A DNA stretch of 64,000 nucleotides from an uncultured Myxococcales bacterium (lineage in GTDB: Bacteria; Myxococcota_A; Polyangia; Palsa-1104; JAEUJZ01). The stretch lies in the NCBI GenBank assembly GCA_964460115.1, contig CAYWPR010000010.1:14730-78729 (forward strand). Reading direction: 5' to 3'. Below are positions 8,873-18,553 of the stretch, piece after piece. Below the pieces are notes generated by a model. That model had not been told where the DNA came from and searched no databases. It saw nothing but the letters and a program-made list of their open reading frames with translations. Made by a program: the position numbers and the translations under genes. How positions within the stretch are numbered: the stretch's first letter is position 1; every line of letters begins with the position of its first letter.

Positions 8873-10861
8873 ATGGAGCGTCTGCCTAATACCCTTGGCA
8901 ACGTCGTCGAAATACAAGTTGTGTCGGGGGCCCGCTGTGGCGAACAGTTATGGTTCTTTGACGCTGAGCGCATTCGTCTGGGCCGAAACCCGGCCAATGA
9001 AGTGGTGCTGCCCGACAGCGGAGTGTCGCGCTTTCATGCCGAGCTACGTGCTTCCGGAGACGGCGATGGCTATGAACTAGGCGACAGCGGCAGCACGGCC
9101 GGAACATTTCTGGACCAAGCCGGCGTGGCCGAGCGTGTTCCTTTAGAGTCTTCGAAGCTGTTGTCGCCCGGAGTTTATGACGTACTTTTGGGCCAGGGCG
9201 GGCCCCATTGCCGCATTGGTGTAGGCATCAGCGTCCCCTTTGGGCGCTATCGATTGATCGCGCGACTGGGCGGCGGCGGAATGGCCGAAGTTTATTTGGC
9301 CCGTCAAACCGGCCTTGGCGGCTTCAATCGGCCTGTGGCGCTAAAACTGATACAGCCCGAGCTTTTTGACGTGGTCGATGCCAGCGCCATGTTTTTGGAC
9401 GAAGCGCGCATCGCCGCCGAGATCAACCATCACAACGTCGTAAAAATTTACGATGTCGGCGAGCACGACGGCGTCCTGTTTCTAACGATGGAGCACTTGC
9501 GCGGAATCACCCTGTCGCATTTGCGTAACAAGCTACGGCACGTCGGCAAGAAGATGCCGCCGGATTTGGTCGCAGCGCTGCTAAGCCAAGCTTGTGCCGG
9601 ACTTCATGCCACGCATAGCCTGCGCGACCTTGGCGGCCGGCTATTGCACGTCGTGCATCGCGATGTGTCGCCTTCTAATTTGATGTGCACCTCCGAAGGG
9701 CTGCTCAAAGTCATCGATTTCGGAGTGGCGCGCGCCGATACGCGGCTTGTGCAAAAGGATGAAGGTTTGCAAGGCAAGCCGGCGTATATGTCTCCGGAGC
9801 AGATTCAAGGGCGGTCGCTTGATGCGCGTTCCGATGTGTTTGCACTGGGCGTCGTACTGTATGAGCTGTGCTGCGATCGGCCGCTTTTTCAGCGCGATGA
9901 CCTGATGGCGACTTTTTATGCAGTCGTACGCGAAGATGTACCGCCGCTGCGCAGCTTTTGTCCGCAGGCCTCGGCGCAGTTAGAGGCGGCGGTGCATAAA
10001 GCCCTGGCCAAAGATCCGGCGCAGCGCTTTCAAAGTGCCGCGGAATTGGCGCTTGAGCTCGACAAAACCGTGCAAGAGGCAGGCGGGCGCTTTGCCAATA
10101 TCTCGGCGATTGCGCGTTTTTTGCAGGAACTAGACATCCATTTAAATGCCATCGTTCCGGTCTTGCTGAGCCGCGTTCCCAAACCGCTGTTGTCGCGTCG
10201 CGAGCCTGCCCGTCGTAACAGTTCCGTTTCCAAGCCGCTAGCGCGTCCGGCAGAAGTGGCGCCGCCGATCTCTACTGCGCAAGGGCCCGATTCGACCCTT
10301 GGTTTCGTCCCGGTGGCACCGACCGCGCTTTTGAGCGTGACGGTCCCGCTTCCCGGTCCCGAGCACACAGAGCGCCTACGCGGCCCCGCCGGGCATCATC
10401 TATCGATTTGCACGCTGTCTTTTCGCGCTCCGCGGCAACTTACCGCAATGCCTTTGCCGCTGCTTTTGGGCGCTGACCAGCCTTGGCTGCCGGCGCCCAT
10501 CGCGCTGACTGCGCTCGGCACCACATTGATGGTCGAGCTAGAGGAACATCCAGGCGGTCGCGATCGTCCAAGTCTTTATCACAATGCTTTTCTTCCGAAT
10601 ACTCGCTGCGAAAGCTTCACGCTGCAGCCGAGTACTAAGGCCGGCCATTTTGACGTAGGGCATCGCCGAACGACGGTACAAAGGATCGATTATGCAAGCA
10701 CGATTGCCGACTCGGCAGGCAATGGTAGGCTGCGACTGGTTCTGGCCGATTTGCGTGTGGAACTTGTCGGCAGCGTTTCGCTTTTGCGCCTGTGCGCGCT
10801 GCATACAAGCGATGCCGCGCACAAGATGACCTGCTTGATTTGTGTTTTGATTGAGCCCTAA
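8873..10861 (+). CDS. FHA-domain Ser/Thr protein kinase, apparently active (Lys, HRD and DFG present)
   Basis: An N-terminal FHA (LGRNPANEVVLPDSGVSRFHAEL) is followed by a kinase domain with GGGGMAEVYLA, VALKLI, HRDVSPSNLM, DFGVAR and MSPEQ. The ATG at 8873 is 3 nt after the activator stop. Confidence 0.85.
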   Translation: MERLPNTLGNVVEIQVVSGARCGEQLWFFDAERIRLGRNPANEVVLPDSGVSRFHAELRASGDGDGYELGDSGSTAGTFLDQAGVAERVPLESSKLLSPGVYDVLLGQGGPHCRIGVGISVPFGRYRLIARLGGGGMAEVYLARQTGLGGFNRPVALKLIQPELFDVVDASAMFLDEARIAAEINHHNVVKIYDVGEHDGVLFLTMEHLRGITLSHLRNKLRHVGKKMPPDLVAALLSQACAGLHATHSLRDLGGRLLHVVHRDVSPSNLMCTSEGLLKVIDFGVARADTRLVQKDEGLQGKPAYMSPEQIQGRSLDARSDVFALGVVLYELCCDRPLFQRDDLMATFYAVVREDVPPLRSFCPQASAQLEAAVHKALAKDPAQRFQSAAELALELDKTVQEAGGRFANISAIARFLQELDIHLNAIVPVLLSRVPKPLLSRREPARRNSSVSKPLARPAEVAPPISTAQGPDSTLGFVPVAPTALLSVTVPLPGPEHTERLRGPAGHHLSICTLSFRAPRQLTAMPLPLLLGADQPWLPAPIALTALGTTLMVELEEHPGGRDRPSLYHNAFLPNTRCESFTLQPSTKAGHFDVGHRRTTVQRIDYASTIADSAGNGRLRLVLADLRVELVGSVSLLRLCALHTSDAAHKMTCLICVLIEP

Positions 10862-10863
10862 GC

Positions 10864-10887
10864 GCGCCAAACCGATCGATTTGGCGC
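10864..10887. terminator. Hairpin with an 8-bp stem (GCGCCAAA/TTTGGCGC) between convergent genes, followed by a T-rich tract (cttgttttgg)
   Basis: The inverted repeat was read directly from the sequence between the kinase stop and the convergent gltA stop. Confidence 0.5.
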
Positions 10888-10913
10888 AGCGCTTGTTTTG
10901 GCAGCCGTCGTGA

Positions 10914-12233
10914 TTAGCCGCGGTTGCGCTCGTGCTCAAAAGGATGCTGACGGCCGGCAGGATAGTCGCGCACTTCGATGCCGGTGTAGATTTGCCGCGG
11001 ACGGGCAATTTTCTGTTCGGAATCGTCGAGCATCTCGGACCATTGCGCCAACCAGCCCGAGGTCCGCGGAATCGCAAACAGCACCGGAAACATATCCACC
11101 GGAAAGCCGATCGCCTGGTAGATAAGCCCGGAGTAGAAGTCGACGTTGGGGTACAGCTTGCGCTTGATAAAGTAGTCGTCCTGCAGCGCAATGCGCTCAA
11201 GCTCAAGCGCAATGTCCAAAAGCGGATTGCGGCCGGTCACTTCAAAGACTTGATCCGCCAAACGCTTGATGACCGTGGCCCGCGGGTCGTAGTTCTTGTA
11301 GACGCGGTGACCAAAGCCCATCAGCCGCTTCTCGCCTTTGCCTTCTTTGACGTCTTTGATGAAAGCCGGCACTTGGTTTATGTGGCCGATTTCGCTCAGC
11401 ATGCGCAACACTGCTTCGTTGGCGCCGCCGTGCAGCGGACCGTATAGCGCCGCCGAAGCCGCTGCCACCGCCGAGTACGGATCGACAAGCGAACTGCCGG
11501 CTGCGCGCATCGTCGAAGTCGAGCAGTTTTGCTCGTGATCGGCATGCAAGATGAAAAGGACGTCGAGGGCCCGCTCTAAAACCGGATGCGGTTTGTAGTG
11601 CGGCTCGGCCATCTTTTTGATCATGGCCAAGAAGTTTCCGGCAAACGACAAGGTGTTGTTCGGATAGATAAATGGATATCCGAGGCTATGCCGATACGAC
11701 CAAGCCGCAATGGTTGGCACTTTGGCGATAAGGCGAACGATGTTGCTCATCCGCTGATCGCGATCCTGCACGTGCTTGGCCTCGGGATAAAACGTCGAAA
11801 GGGCGCCAAGCGTGGCGATGAACATGCCCATGGGATGGGCGTCGTAGCGAAAGCCTTCGATGAACGACTTTACGTTCTCATGAACGAAGGTATGGGTGGT
11901 AATCTGCTCGACCCAGTTCGCAAGCTGGCTTTGATTGGGCAGCTCGCCGTGGAAAAGCAGGTAACTGACTTCCAGGTAGCTCGATTGTTCGGCCAACTGC
12001 TCGATCGGATACCCGCGATAGCGCAAGATGCCCTTGTCGCCATCAATGAACGTAATGGCCGACCGGCACGACGCGGTATTCAGATACGCCGGGTCGTAGC
12101 CCATAAGGCCAAAGTCGTCGCCTCCCGTCTTGATCTGGCGCAGATCAAGGGTACGAATGGTGCCATCGCTAATCGGTATTTCGTAGGACTTGCCGGTGCG
12201 GTTGTCAGTGATGCTGAGTGTGTTCTTCGACAT
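10914..12233 (-). CDS. gltA: Citrate synthase
   Basis: Citrate synthase motifs are present, including GFGHRVYKNYDPRA and the conserved catalytic His/Asp context. The ATG at 12233 (MSKNTLS) was chosen over the longer ORF. Confidence 0.95.
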   Translation of the reverse strand: MSKNTLSITDNRTGKSYEIPISDGTIRTLDLRQIKTGGDDFGLMGYDPAYLNTASCRSAITFIDGDKGILRYRGYPIEQLAEQSSYLEVSYLLFHGELPNQSQLANWVEQITTHTFVHENVKSFIEGFRYDAHPMGMFIATLGALSTFYPEAKHVQDRDQRMSNIVRLIAKVPTIAAWSYRHSLGYPFIYPNNTLSFAGNFLAMIKKMAEPHYKPHPVLERALDVLFILHADHEQNCSTSTMRAAGSSLVDPYSAVAAASAALYGPLHGGANEAVLRMLSEIGHINQVPAFIKDVKEGKGEKRLMGFGHRVYKNYDPRATVIKRLADQVFEVTGRNPLLDIALELERIALQDDYFIKRKLYPNVDFYSGLIYQAIGFPVDMFPVLFAIPRTSGWLAQWSEMLDDSEQKIARPRQIYTGIEVRDYPAGRQHPFEHERNRG

Positions 12234-12354
12234 GTTCCCTCGCAAAGGGCAAAATCGATCTTGTAGCAATTAACCGTCTACTAGGTCGCCCTGCCCTTCA
12301 GACATAGAATTCGGGCAGTCTAACCAAAGCGGCGGGGTTCGTCACTATCTTAGA

Positions 12355-14433
12355 GTGAGCAGAACTCGTGGTAAAGTAAGGAAGCCTGTACAGACCCGCA
12401 TGTCTCCGCCAGAGCGAAAGCGATGCTTCGAATGCGGCACCAGCTATCCTCCAGACGCCAATATGTGCGAGGAGGATCATGTCCTGCTGTGGCCAGACAC
12501 CATCGGCAATGTTTGGCGCATAGAAGGCGTTTTGGCGCCGCGGCTTGGCGGGGCGACCTGCGCCGCTTACCATGTGCACAGCGGTGCTCGCGTTGCCATT
12601 GACGTCGTGCGCGGACTGCCGGGGCCGGATCCGACCGCGCTAAAAACCTTGGCCCAAGAAGCCCATGCGCTGCGTCTTATCGACCATCCAAATGTCCTCA
12701 AGCTTCTCGAAGAGGGGGTGGATCGCGCAAGCCAGCGCGCGCCGCACAAGGCGAGCCAGGGATCGGCGATTCATTTTCTTGTGACCGAACTTGGGCCGGC
12801 ACGCCCGCTGCCGGACGTATTAGAAGAGTCGCAGCGCGCCCGCAGCTCGGATGGCATAGAAAATGCGCCGGCGGAATTTACCACGTCGGCGGCCCCCATG
12901 CCGCTTGCCCAGGTCATGCAGGTCGGGCGGCAATTGCTTAGCACTTTAGCCGCCGCACACAGGCTGGGGCTGGCCCATGGCGACCTGGGGCTAGGCCATC
13001 TTTACGTTCTTAGCGATGAAGATTCGATCTCTGAACTTGGTCCGACAAAGTCGATAAGACTGCGCAGCCTCAAAGCCTTTGGTCCTGGCGCCGCGTTGCA
13101 AAAGGCCATTCGCGACGATATCTATGAAACCGCCGCGCTTTTATATGAGCTTGCAGTTTCGCAGCCTCCGCCGCTGGCCGGCCGAGAGGGCAAAGTGGCG
13201 CTGAAATTGCCGGCGGAAATGGACGGGAAACTGGCCCAGATCATCCTGCGCGGCATCGGCGCCAGCGGTGGTAAGGGTTACGACAGCGTCGATGAAATGC
13301 TACAAGAATTTATCGTTGCGGCGCCGCCCCCGATTCAGGAGATAAGCGCCGCAGCGCTGGCCGCCCTGACGCGTACCACGCCGCAAGCACGCCATGGTTA
13401 TCCCTCAAATCCTTTGCTGACGACGATAGGCGGGCGCACAATCAGCGGCGGCGAAGGATTGCCGGGCACACCGCCGCCCTTGCCGCGGCTTAGCGGCCAG
13501 CACCCCGTGCTTCCGGCGCCGCCTTCGCTACTTAGCACGACCTTTACGGGCGAAATGCCGCAGCGCTCTCGGCTGTCCGGCGAGCTGCGCGAAGTATCGT
13601 TTCGCGATTTGCTGGAAGAAGAAAAGCGGCCCGAAGGTGAAGAAACTCTAGCGCGCTCGCGACGGCGGGTCTCGGCGTCTAGCATGAAACTGCCCGCCTT
13701 GAATTTGCCAGCCGAACACTTGCCGGACGCCGAGCGCCAATCTCCAAAAGCTTCTGCGCACTTTCATCCAGAAGGCGCCATGCCGCTGCCGCCGATCGCT
13801 CCCGGGGCGATTTCCAGCGGCGAACTGGCCTCGGTTGAGCCAACAGCGGATCTACATGCCTTGCCTGTAGACTTCTCGTCGGCCATCTCTGGCTCGCTTG
13901 GACTTGGCTTGGCGCCGCGAGTTAGCAAATCGGAAAGCTCTTTGCCTGCCGTGCCCGCGCAGCCGGCATTGCCTGGAAGTTCGCGCCGGTCCCCGGATCC
14001 GGCTCGCGCTGTGCAGCCAGCGAAAACCGCCTCACCCGCTAGACCCACACAACCCTTTGTTCTGGCTGCTCCTGAAAAGCGAATGCCGCGTGAAATCGAT
14101 CCTTTCGCCAGCACCGGCCGTTCGCCAATTCCCTCTGAAGTACTGGCCGTCTCGCGGCGTCTGCAAGCACAGCAGGGCGAAATGGTGCCGGTTCATCCCC
14201 CATTGGCCCCCCTTGCCTCCCTGCCAGCTTCGGAAGCCTGGCCGATTTCGGCACATCAGGCTGCGGCCACAGCGACAGGCGCTTCTATATTCAGCGAACG
14301 CACGCTTCCGCCGATAGTGCCTATAGTACCGATTGCTCCCCCTTCCCGTCGATCGCTGTGGCCGTTTTTGGTGGCTTCCCTCTTGGCGCTTTTTACCTTG
14401 CTCGGGCTCTTGTTTAGTCGCTGGACGTCGTGA
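12355..14433 (+). CDS. Membrane tail-anchored pseudokinase: N-terminal zinc-ribbon (CFECG...C..DH), degenerate protein-kinase-like domain, long Pro-rich linker and C-terminal TM helix
   Basis: The kinase-like fold has VAIDVV in place of VAIK, HGDLGLGHLY in place of HRDLKPEN and LKAFG in place of DFG. The C-terminal hydrophobic LWPFLVASLLALFTLLGLLF is a TM helix. The start may instead be the ATG at 12400. Confidence 0.6.
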   Translation: MSRTRGKVRKPVQTRMSPPERKRCFECGTSYPPDANMCEEDHVLLWPDTIGNVWRIEGVLAPRLGGATCAAYHVHSGARVAIDVVRGLPGPDPTALKTLAQEAHALRLIDHPNVLKLLEEGVDRASQRAPHKASQGSAIHFLVTELGPARPLPDVLEESQRARSSDGIENAPAEFTTSAAPMPLAQVMQVGRQLLSTLAAAHRLGLAHGDLGLGHLYVLSDEDSISELGPTKSIRLRSLKAFGPGAALQKAIRDDIYETAALLYELAVSQPPPLAGREGKVALKLPAEMDGKLAQIILRGIGASGGKGYDSVDEMLQEFIVAAPPPIQEISAAALAALTRTTPQARHGYPSNPLLTTIGGRTISGGEGLPGTPPPLPRLSGQHPVLPAPPSLLSTTFTGEMPQRSRLSGELREVSFRDLLEEEKRPEGEETLARSRRRVSASSMKLPALNLPAEHLPDAERQSPKASAHFHPEGAMPLPPIAPGAISSGELASVEPTADLHALPVDFSSAISGSLGLGLAPRVSKSESSLPAVPAQPALPGSSRRSPDPARAVQPAKTASPARPTQPFVLAAPEKRMPREIDPFASTGRSPIPSEVLAVSRRLQAQQGEMVPVHPPLAPLASLPASEAWPISAHQAAATATGASIFSERTLPPIVPIVPIAPPSRRSLWPFLVASLLALFTLLGLLFSRWTS

Positions 14434-14470
14434 GCTACGTCCTCATCACGCCTGACGCTGCGATCAAGCC

Positions 14471-14755
14471 TTAGCGACCGGCAGATCCTCCGGCGATGGC
14501 CGGAACAATCGAAACTTCGGCGTCTTTGGGCAGAGGCGTCTCGAGATTTTGCAAAAAGCGTACATCTTCTGCGCCGACAAAAATGTTGACGAAGCGCCGC
14601 ATCTGACCTTTTTCGTCAAGCAAGCGTTCGCCAAGGCCAGGATGTGCGGCGGCCAGGATGCTTATAAGCTCGCCCACAGTTGCCGCCTCTGCACGAATCA
14701 CGTCCTGCCCTTGCGTGAACTTGCGCAAAGGGGTGGGAATACGAACCGTCGCCAT
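14471..14755 (-). CDS. MoaD/CysO/ThiS-family sulfur-carrier (ubiquitin-like) protein with a 5-residue extension after the Gly-Gly (…AIAGG-SAGR)
   Basis: The sequence closely resembles CysO/MoaD type 2: TVRIPTPLR...ATVGELI..L...PGLGERLLDEKGQMRRFVNIFVGAEDVRFLQNLETPL.KDAEVSIVPAIAGG. Confidence 0.7.
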   Translation of the reverse strand: MATVRIPTPLRKFTQGQDVIRAEAATVGELISILAAAHPGLGERLLDEKGQMRRFVNIFVGAEDVRFLQNLETPLPKDAEVSIVPAIAGGSAGR

Positions 14756-14857
14756 GCCATTTTCTCCTTAGAGGATGAAGCTAGCAACGATGGCGAGGTG
14801 ACACAAGCGCACCTGTAAGATTGCGTCGGAAGGAATTGTGGTCTAGAAACACCCTCC

Positions 14858-17800
14858 ATGTTGCAAGGCTTGTCGGATGGGGCCAGGCAGCCAGCACGGC
14901 AGGGCCTGGCGACGCTTGTCGCGCTACACAAATCGTCGGTAAAGCGCCTGCGCTGCCTCGGTGGTGAAGGATCTTTCTCGGCGCTCGCCATCGCCCGGCT
15001 GGCTGAAACACTGCCGGCGTCCGCGCGACCTCTTATCGTCGTCGTGCCCGATGAGGCAGAAGCCCGCACGCTGCGCAAAGACATTCAAATGTTCATCGGC
15101 GCGGCCAACTCCACAAGCGATGGAGCCGCCATCCCCATCGAGCCGGTCATCGGCCTGCCCGATTTTGATACAAGTCCATGGGCCGATGTTTCGCCCGAGC
15201 GCAACGTCGTTTTGCGCCGCATGGGCGTCCTGTTTCGCCTGGCGCAGGGGCCCGCGCACGCCGGACAGGTGGTAGTGGCCTCGATAAATGCGCTGGCCCG
15301 TCGGGTCGTGCCGCGCGCCGCCTTAGATGACCTAGTCGACATCATTCGCGCGGAAGAGGAACAAGATCGCGATCGCCTGATTCAGCTTTTGCAGCGGGGT
15401 GGTTATACCCGAGCGCCAGTTTGCGAAGACCCGGGCACATTCGCAGTGCGCGGCGGCGTGCTCGATGTATTTGTGCCGCTGTATCACTTTCCGACGCGTA
15501 TCGATTTTTATGGGGATCTTATCGAATCTCTGCGGTTCTACGATCCGGCGACGCAGCGAACGCTGCGCAAAACCGATGAGATTTTCATCCATCCCGTGCG
15601 AGAAACGATTCTGACCCAGGGGCACCGTCTGCGCGAGCGGCTTTTGGCCGCCGCCGATCTGTCGGTGCACCCATCAAATCGCACCCGGCAAATTCAGGAT
15701 CAAATCGAAGCCGGCGAAGATTTTTTTGGCGCCGAGTCGTTGACCCCGGCATTTCACAGCCACATGGCCTCGATTGCCGAATACTTGCCGGCGCAATCGA
15801 CCTTCTATCTAAGCGAACCGCACCGTCTTTACGATGCCTTAAGCGATACCCTGGCCGAGGCCGCTATCGCCTATGACAAACGCTTGTCTGAACACCGGCT
15901 GGGCTTTCCACCAAGTGACTTCTATCTGTCGCGGGCAGAACTGGATGCCCTGCTAGTTAATGACGAGCATGGCGGCGCGATCATCGAAGCCGAGCCGCTC
16001 GTCATTGCTGAGACGCCAAGCGGCGCGCTGGCGGCGGCGCAAAATGACAAAGGCCTGCAGGATGAAATTCCGACCCTGCACTTTGCAGTCGAAAGTCATC
16101 GTGAGCTGGTTGCGGAAATTGCCCGCGCGCGCGCCGAAAAACATGCGCAATTGCTGATGCCGCTTGTGCGGCGGCTGCGCCATAACCAGAGCGAAGGCGT
16201 GCGCAGCGTCATCGTTAGCTCAAGTCTGCAGCATGCCGAACGCATGGAGGGGTTGCTAAAAGGGTACGGCCTACGGCCGGTGCTGCACCGCCCCGGCGTG
16301 ACCGCGCTAGTGGCCGAGCAATCGAGTGGCGAGACGCTGCACCGCTTCGATTTGCTCGATTCGGACCCGATACACTTTGGTCGCATCGAGTTGCGAGTCG
16401 GGCCGCTTTTGCGCGGCTTTGATCTGCCTCTCGATCGCGTCGCGCTGTACAGCGAAGCAGAGGTCTTCGGAGAAAAAGCGGCGCGCAAAGCTAACCGCGG
16501 TCCTAAAAAACCAGCTCTTGGCGATCTGAAGAACCTAGAGCCTGGGGCTTATGTCGTTCATCAGTTGCATGGCGTCGGTCGCTATAAAGGGCTGGCCAAG
16601 TTGCCTTTGCAAAAAGGCGGCGTCGCCATCGACTTTATGCATCTTGAATACCTGGGCGGCACGCTGTACTTGCCCGTTTGGCGCCTTGGTGAAGTGCAGC
16701 GCTACGTCGGCGCCGAAGGAACCGAGCCGCGCCTAGACCGGCTGGGCGGCGAGACCTGGGCCAAGACTCGCTCCAAGGTCGCGCGCGAGGTGCAAAAGAT
16801 TGCCGAGGAGCTGCTGCAGATTTACGCCCAGCGTCAAGCCCTGCCCGGACATAGCTTTCAGCTAGGCGGCGACGCTGAGCAAATGTTTCATGAATTCGAA
16901 GCGACCTTTCCCTTCGAAGAAACTCCGGATCAAGAGCGCGCCATCCAAGATGTGCTTGCGGACATGGAAACGGCGCGCCCCATGGATCGGCTGGTCTGCG
17001 GCGACGTCGGCTATGGCAAAACCGAAGTGGCGATCCGTGCGACGATGAAAGCGGCGCTTGGCGGCAAGCAGGTTGCGGTGCTGGCACCTACGACCGTGCT
17101 TGTCGAGCAGCATTATGCGACGTTTCGCGAGCGCATGAAGAGCATGCCGGTGGTTGTGGGAACTCTGTCGCGGTTTCGTTCGCGCAGTGAACAACTGCAA
17201 GTGCTAAAAGGACTGTCTGACGGACAGGTGGATGTGGTCATCGGCACCCACCGATTGCTATCGAGCGACGTGCGCTTTAAAGATCTAGGTCTTTTGGTGA
17301 TCGATGAAGAGCAACGCTTTGGCGTTGCGCACAAAGAGCGGCTAAAGAAGCTGCGCACTCAAGTAGATAGCCTGACGCTGACCGCCACGCCGATTCCGCG
17401 CACCCTGCATATGGCGCTTGCAGGCATGCGCGACCTGTCGATCATCACCACGGCCCCCGCGGATCGCTTGGCCATACGTACCATCGTAGCCCGTGAAACC
17501 GACGACTTGCTGCGCGAAGGAGTTCGGCGCGAGCTAAGTCGAGGCGGCCAAGTCTTTTTTGTGCACAACCGCGTCGAGACCATCGACAAATGGGCGCGGC
17601 GGCTGCGGGAACTTTTGCCCGAGGTGCGACTGCTTGTCGGCCATGGCCAGATGAGCCCCGAGGCGCTGGAACAAGTGATGCTGGACTTTGTCGAAGGCCG
17701 CGCCGATGTGCTGCTGTGTACGACGATCATCGAAAGCGGGCTGGACATTTCGCGCGCCAACACAATGTTTGTGGATCGCGCCGATACCTTCGGCCTGAGT

Positions 17801-18553
17801 CAGCTTTATCAGTTGCGCGGACGCATCGGCCGTTCGACGCAGCGCGCTTTTTGCTACCTGCTTTTGCCGCCCGGCGAAGCGATGACCGCTGAAGCCAAGC
17901 AGCGTCTGGCGGTTCTGCAGCGCTTTTCAGAGCTTGGCGCGGGGTTTCAAATCGCCAGTCACGATTTGGAAATTCGCGGCGCCGGCGATCTTTTGGGCAC
18001 GCGGCAATCGGGCAGCATCGCGCAAGTCGGATTTGAGCTTTACACCCGCATGCTGGAAGAAGCGGTTGCCGAGTTGCGCGGTCAGCCCATTATACGCCCC
18101 GCCGATCCGGATCTGACTTGCGATTTGCCCGGCTATATTCCTGACGAATATTTGCCCGATACGGGCCAACGGCTGGATTTTTATCGACGTTTGTCCGTGG
18201 CGGAAGATGAGGAAGAAATCGCCTCGGTCCTGGCCGAGCTGCGCGACCGCTATGGCAGTCCGCCCGATGAAGTAGCAACCCTGGGCGATATCATGGTGGT
18301 CAAGGCCTTAAGCCGGCGCCTGCACGCCGCAGCGGTCGAGCTGTCGCAAACTCGCTTGGCGCTGGCCTTGCGACCGACCACGCCGCTTAGTCCGGCACAA
18401 GTGGCCAAACTTGTGGACGGCAAACGTTCCCAGTGGCGCCTCAGTCCGGATCAGCGTTTGATGCGCCTATGGCAGGGCGACAAAGAACGCGAAGACCGTC
18501 TGGCCCTTGGCAAAGCCCTGCTGGCCGATCTGCTCAGCCAGTCTTCTACATAG
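14858..18553 (+). CDS. mfd: Transcription-repair coupling factor Mfd
   Basis: The protein is 1231 aa. It has UvrB-homology N-terminal domains and DEAD/helicase motifs (GDVGYGKTEVA, DEEQRFGV). The TRG motif and C-terminal domain are present. Confidence 0.95.
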   Translation: MLQGLSDGARQPARQGLATLVALHKSSVKRLRCLGGEGSFSALAIARLAETLPASARPLIVVVPDEAEARTLRKDIQMFIGAANSTSDGAAIPIEPVIGLPDFDTSPWADVSPERNVVLRRMGVLFRLAQGPAHAGQVVVASINALARRVVPRAALDDLVDIIRAEEEQDRDRLIQLLQRGGYTRAPVCEDPGTFAVRGGVLDVFVPLYHFPTRIDFYGDLIESLRFYDPATQRTLRKTDEIFIHPVRETILTQGHRLRERLLAAADLSVHPSNRTRQIQDQIEAGEDFFGAESLTPAFHSHMASIAEYLPAQSTFYLSEPHRLYDALSDTLAEAAIAYDKRLSEHRLGFPPSDFYLSRAELDALLVNDEHGGAIIEAEPLVIAETPSGALAAAQNDKGLQDEIPTLHFAVESHRELVAEIARARAEKHAQLLMPLVRRLRHNQSEGVRSVIVSSSLQHAERMEGLLKGYGLRPVLHRPGVTALVAEQSSGETLHRFDLLDSDPIHFGRIELRVGPLLRGFDLPLDRVALYSEAEVFGEKAARKANRGPKKPALGDLKNLEPGAYVVHQLHGVGRYKGLAKLPLQKGGVAIDFMHLEYLGGTLYLPVWRLGEVQRYVGAEGTEPRLDRLGGETWAKTRSKVAREVQKIAEELLQIYAQRQALPGHSFQLGGDAEQMFHEFEATFPFEETPDQERAIQDVLADMETARPMDRLVCGDVGYGKTEVAIRATMKAALGGKQVAVLAPTTVLVEQHYATFRERMKSMPVVVGTLSRFRSRSEQLQVLKGLSDGQVDVVIGTHRLLSSDVRFKDLGLLVIDEEQRFGVAHKERLKKLRTQVDSLTLTATPIPRTLHMALAGMRDLSIITTAPADRLAIRTIVARETDDLLREGVRRELSRGGQVFFVHNRVETIDKWARRLRELLPEVRLLVGHGQMSPEALEQVMLDFVEGRADVLLCTTIIESGLDISRANTMFVDRADTFGLSQLYQLRGRIGRSTQRAFCYLLLPPGEAMTAEAKQRLAVLQRFSELGAGFQIASHDLEIRGAGDLLGTRQSGSIAQVGFELYTRMLEEAVAELRGQPIIRPADPDLTCDLPGYIPDEYLPDTGQRLDFYRRLSVAEDEEEIASVLAELRDRYGSPPDEVATLGDIMVVKALSRRLHAAAVELSQTRLALALRPTTPLSPAQVAKLVDGKRSQWRLSPDQRLMRLWQGDKEREDRLALGKALLADLLSQSST

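Noticed and set aside
10538-11447. ORFs 10538–11212 (minus) and 10932–11447 (plus)
   Set aside because: They overlap the kinase 3' end and citrate synthase in alternative frames. Citrate synthase motifs define the true frame.
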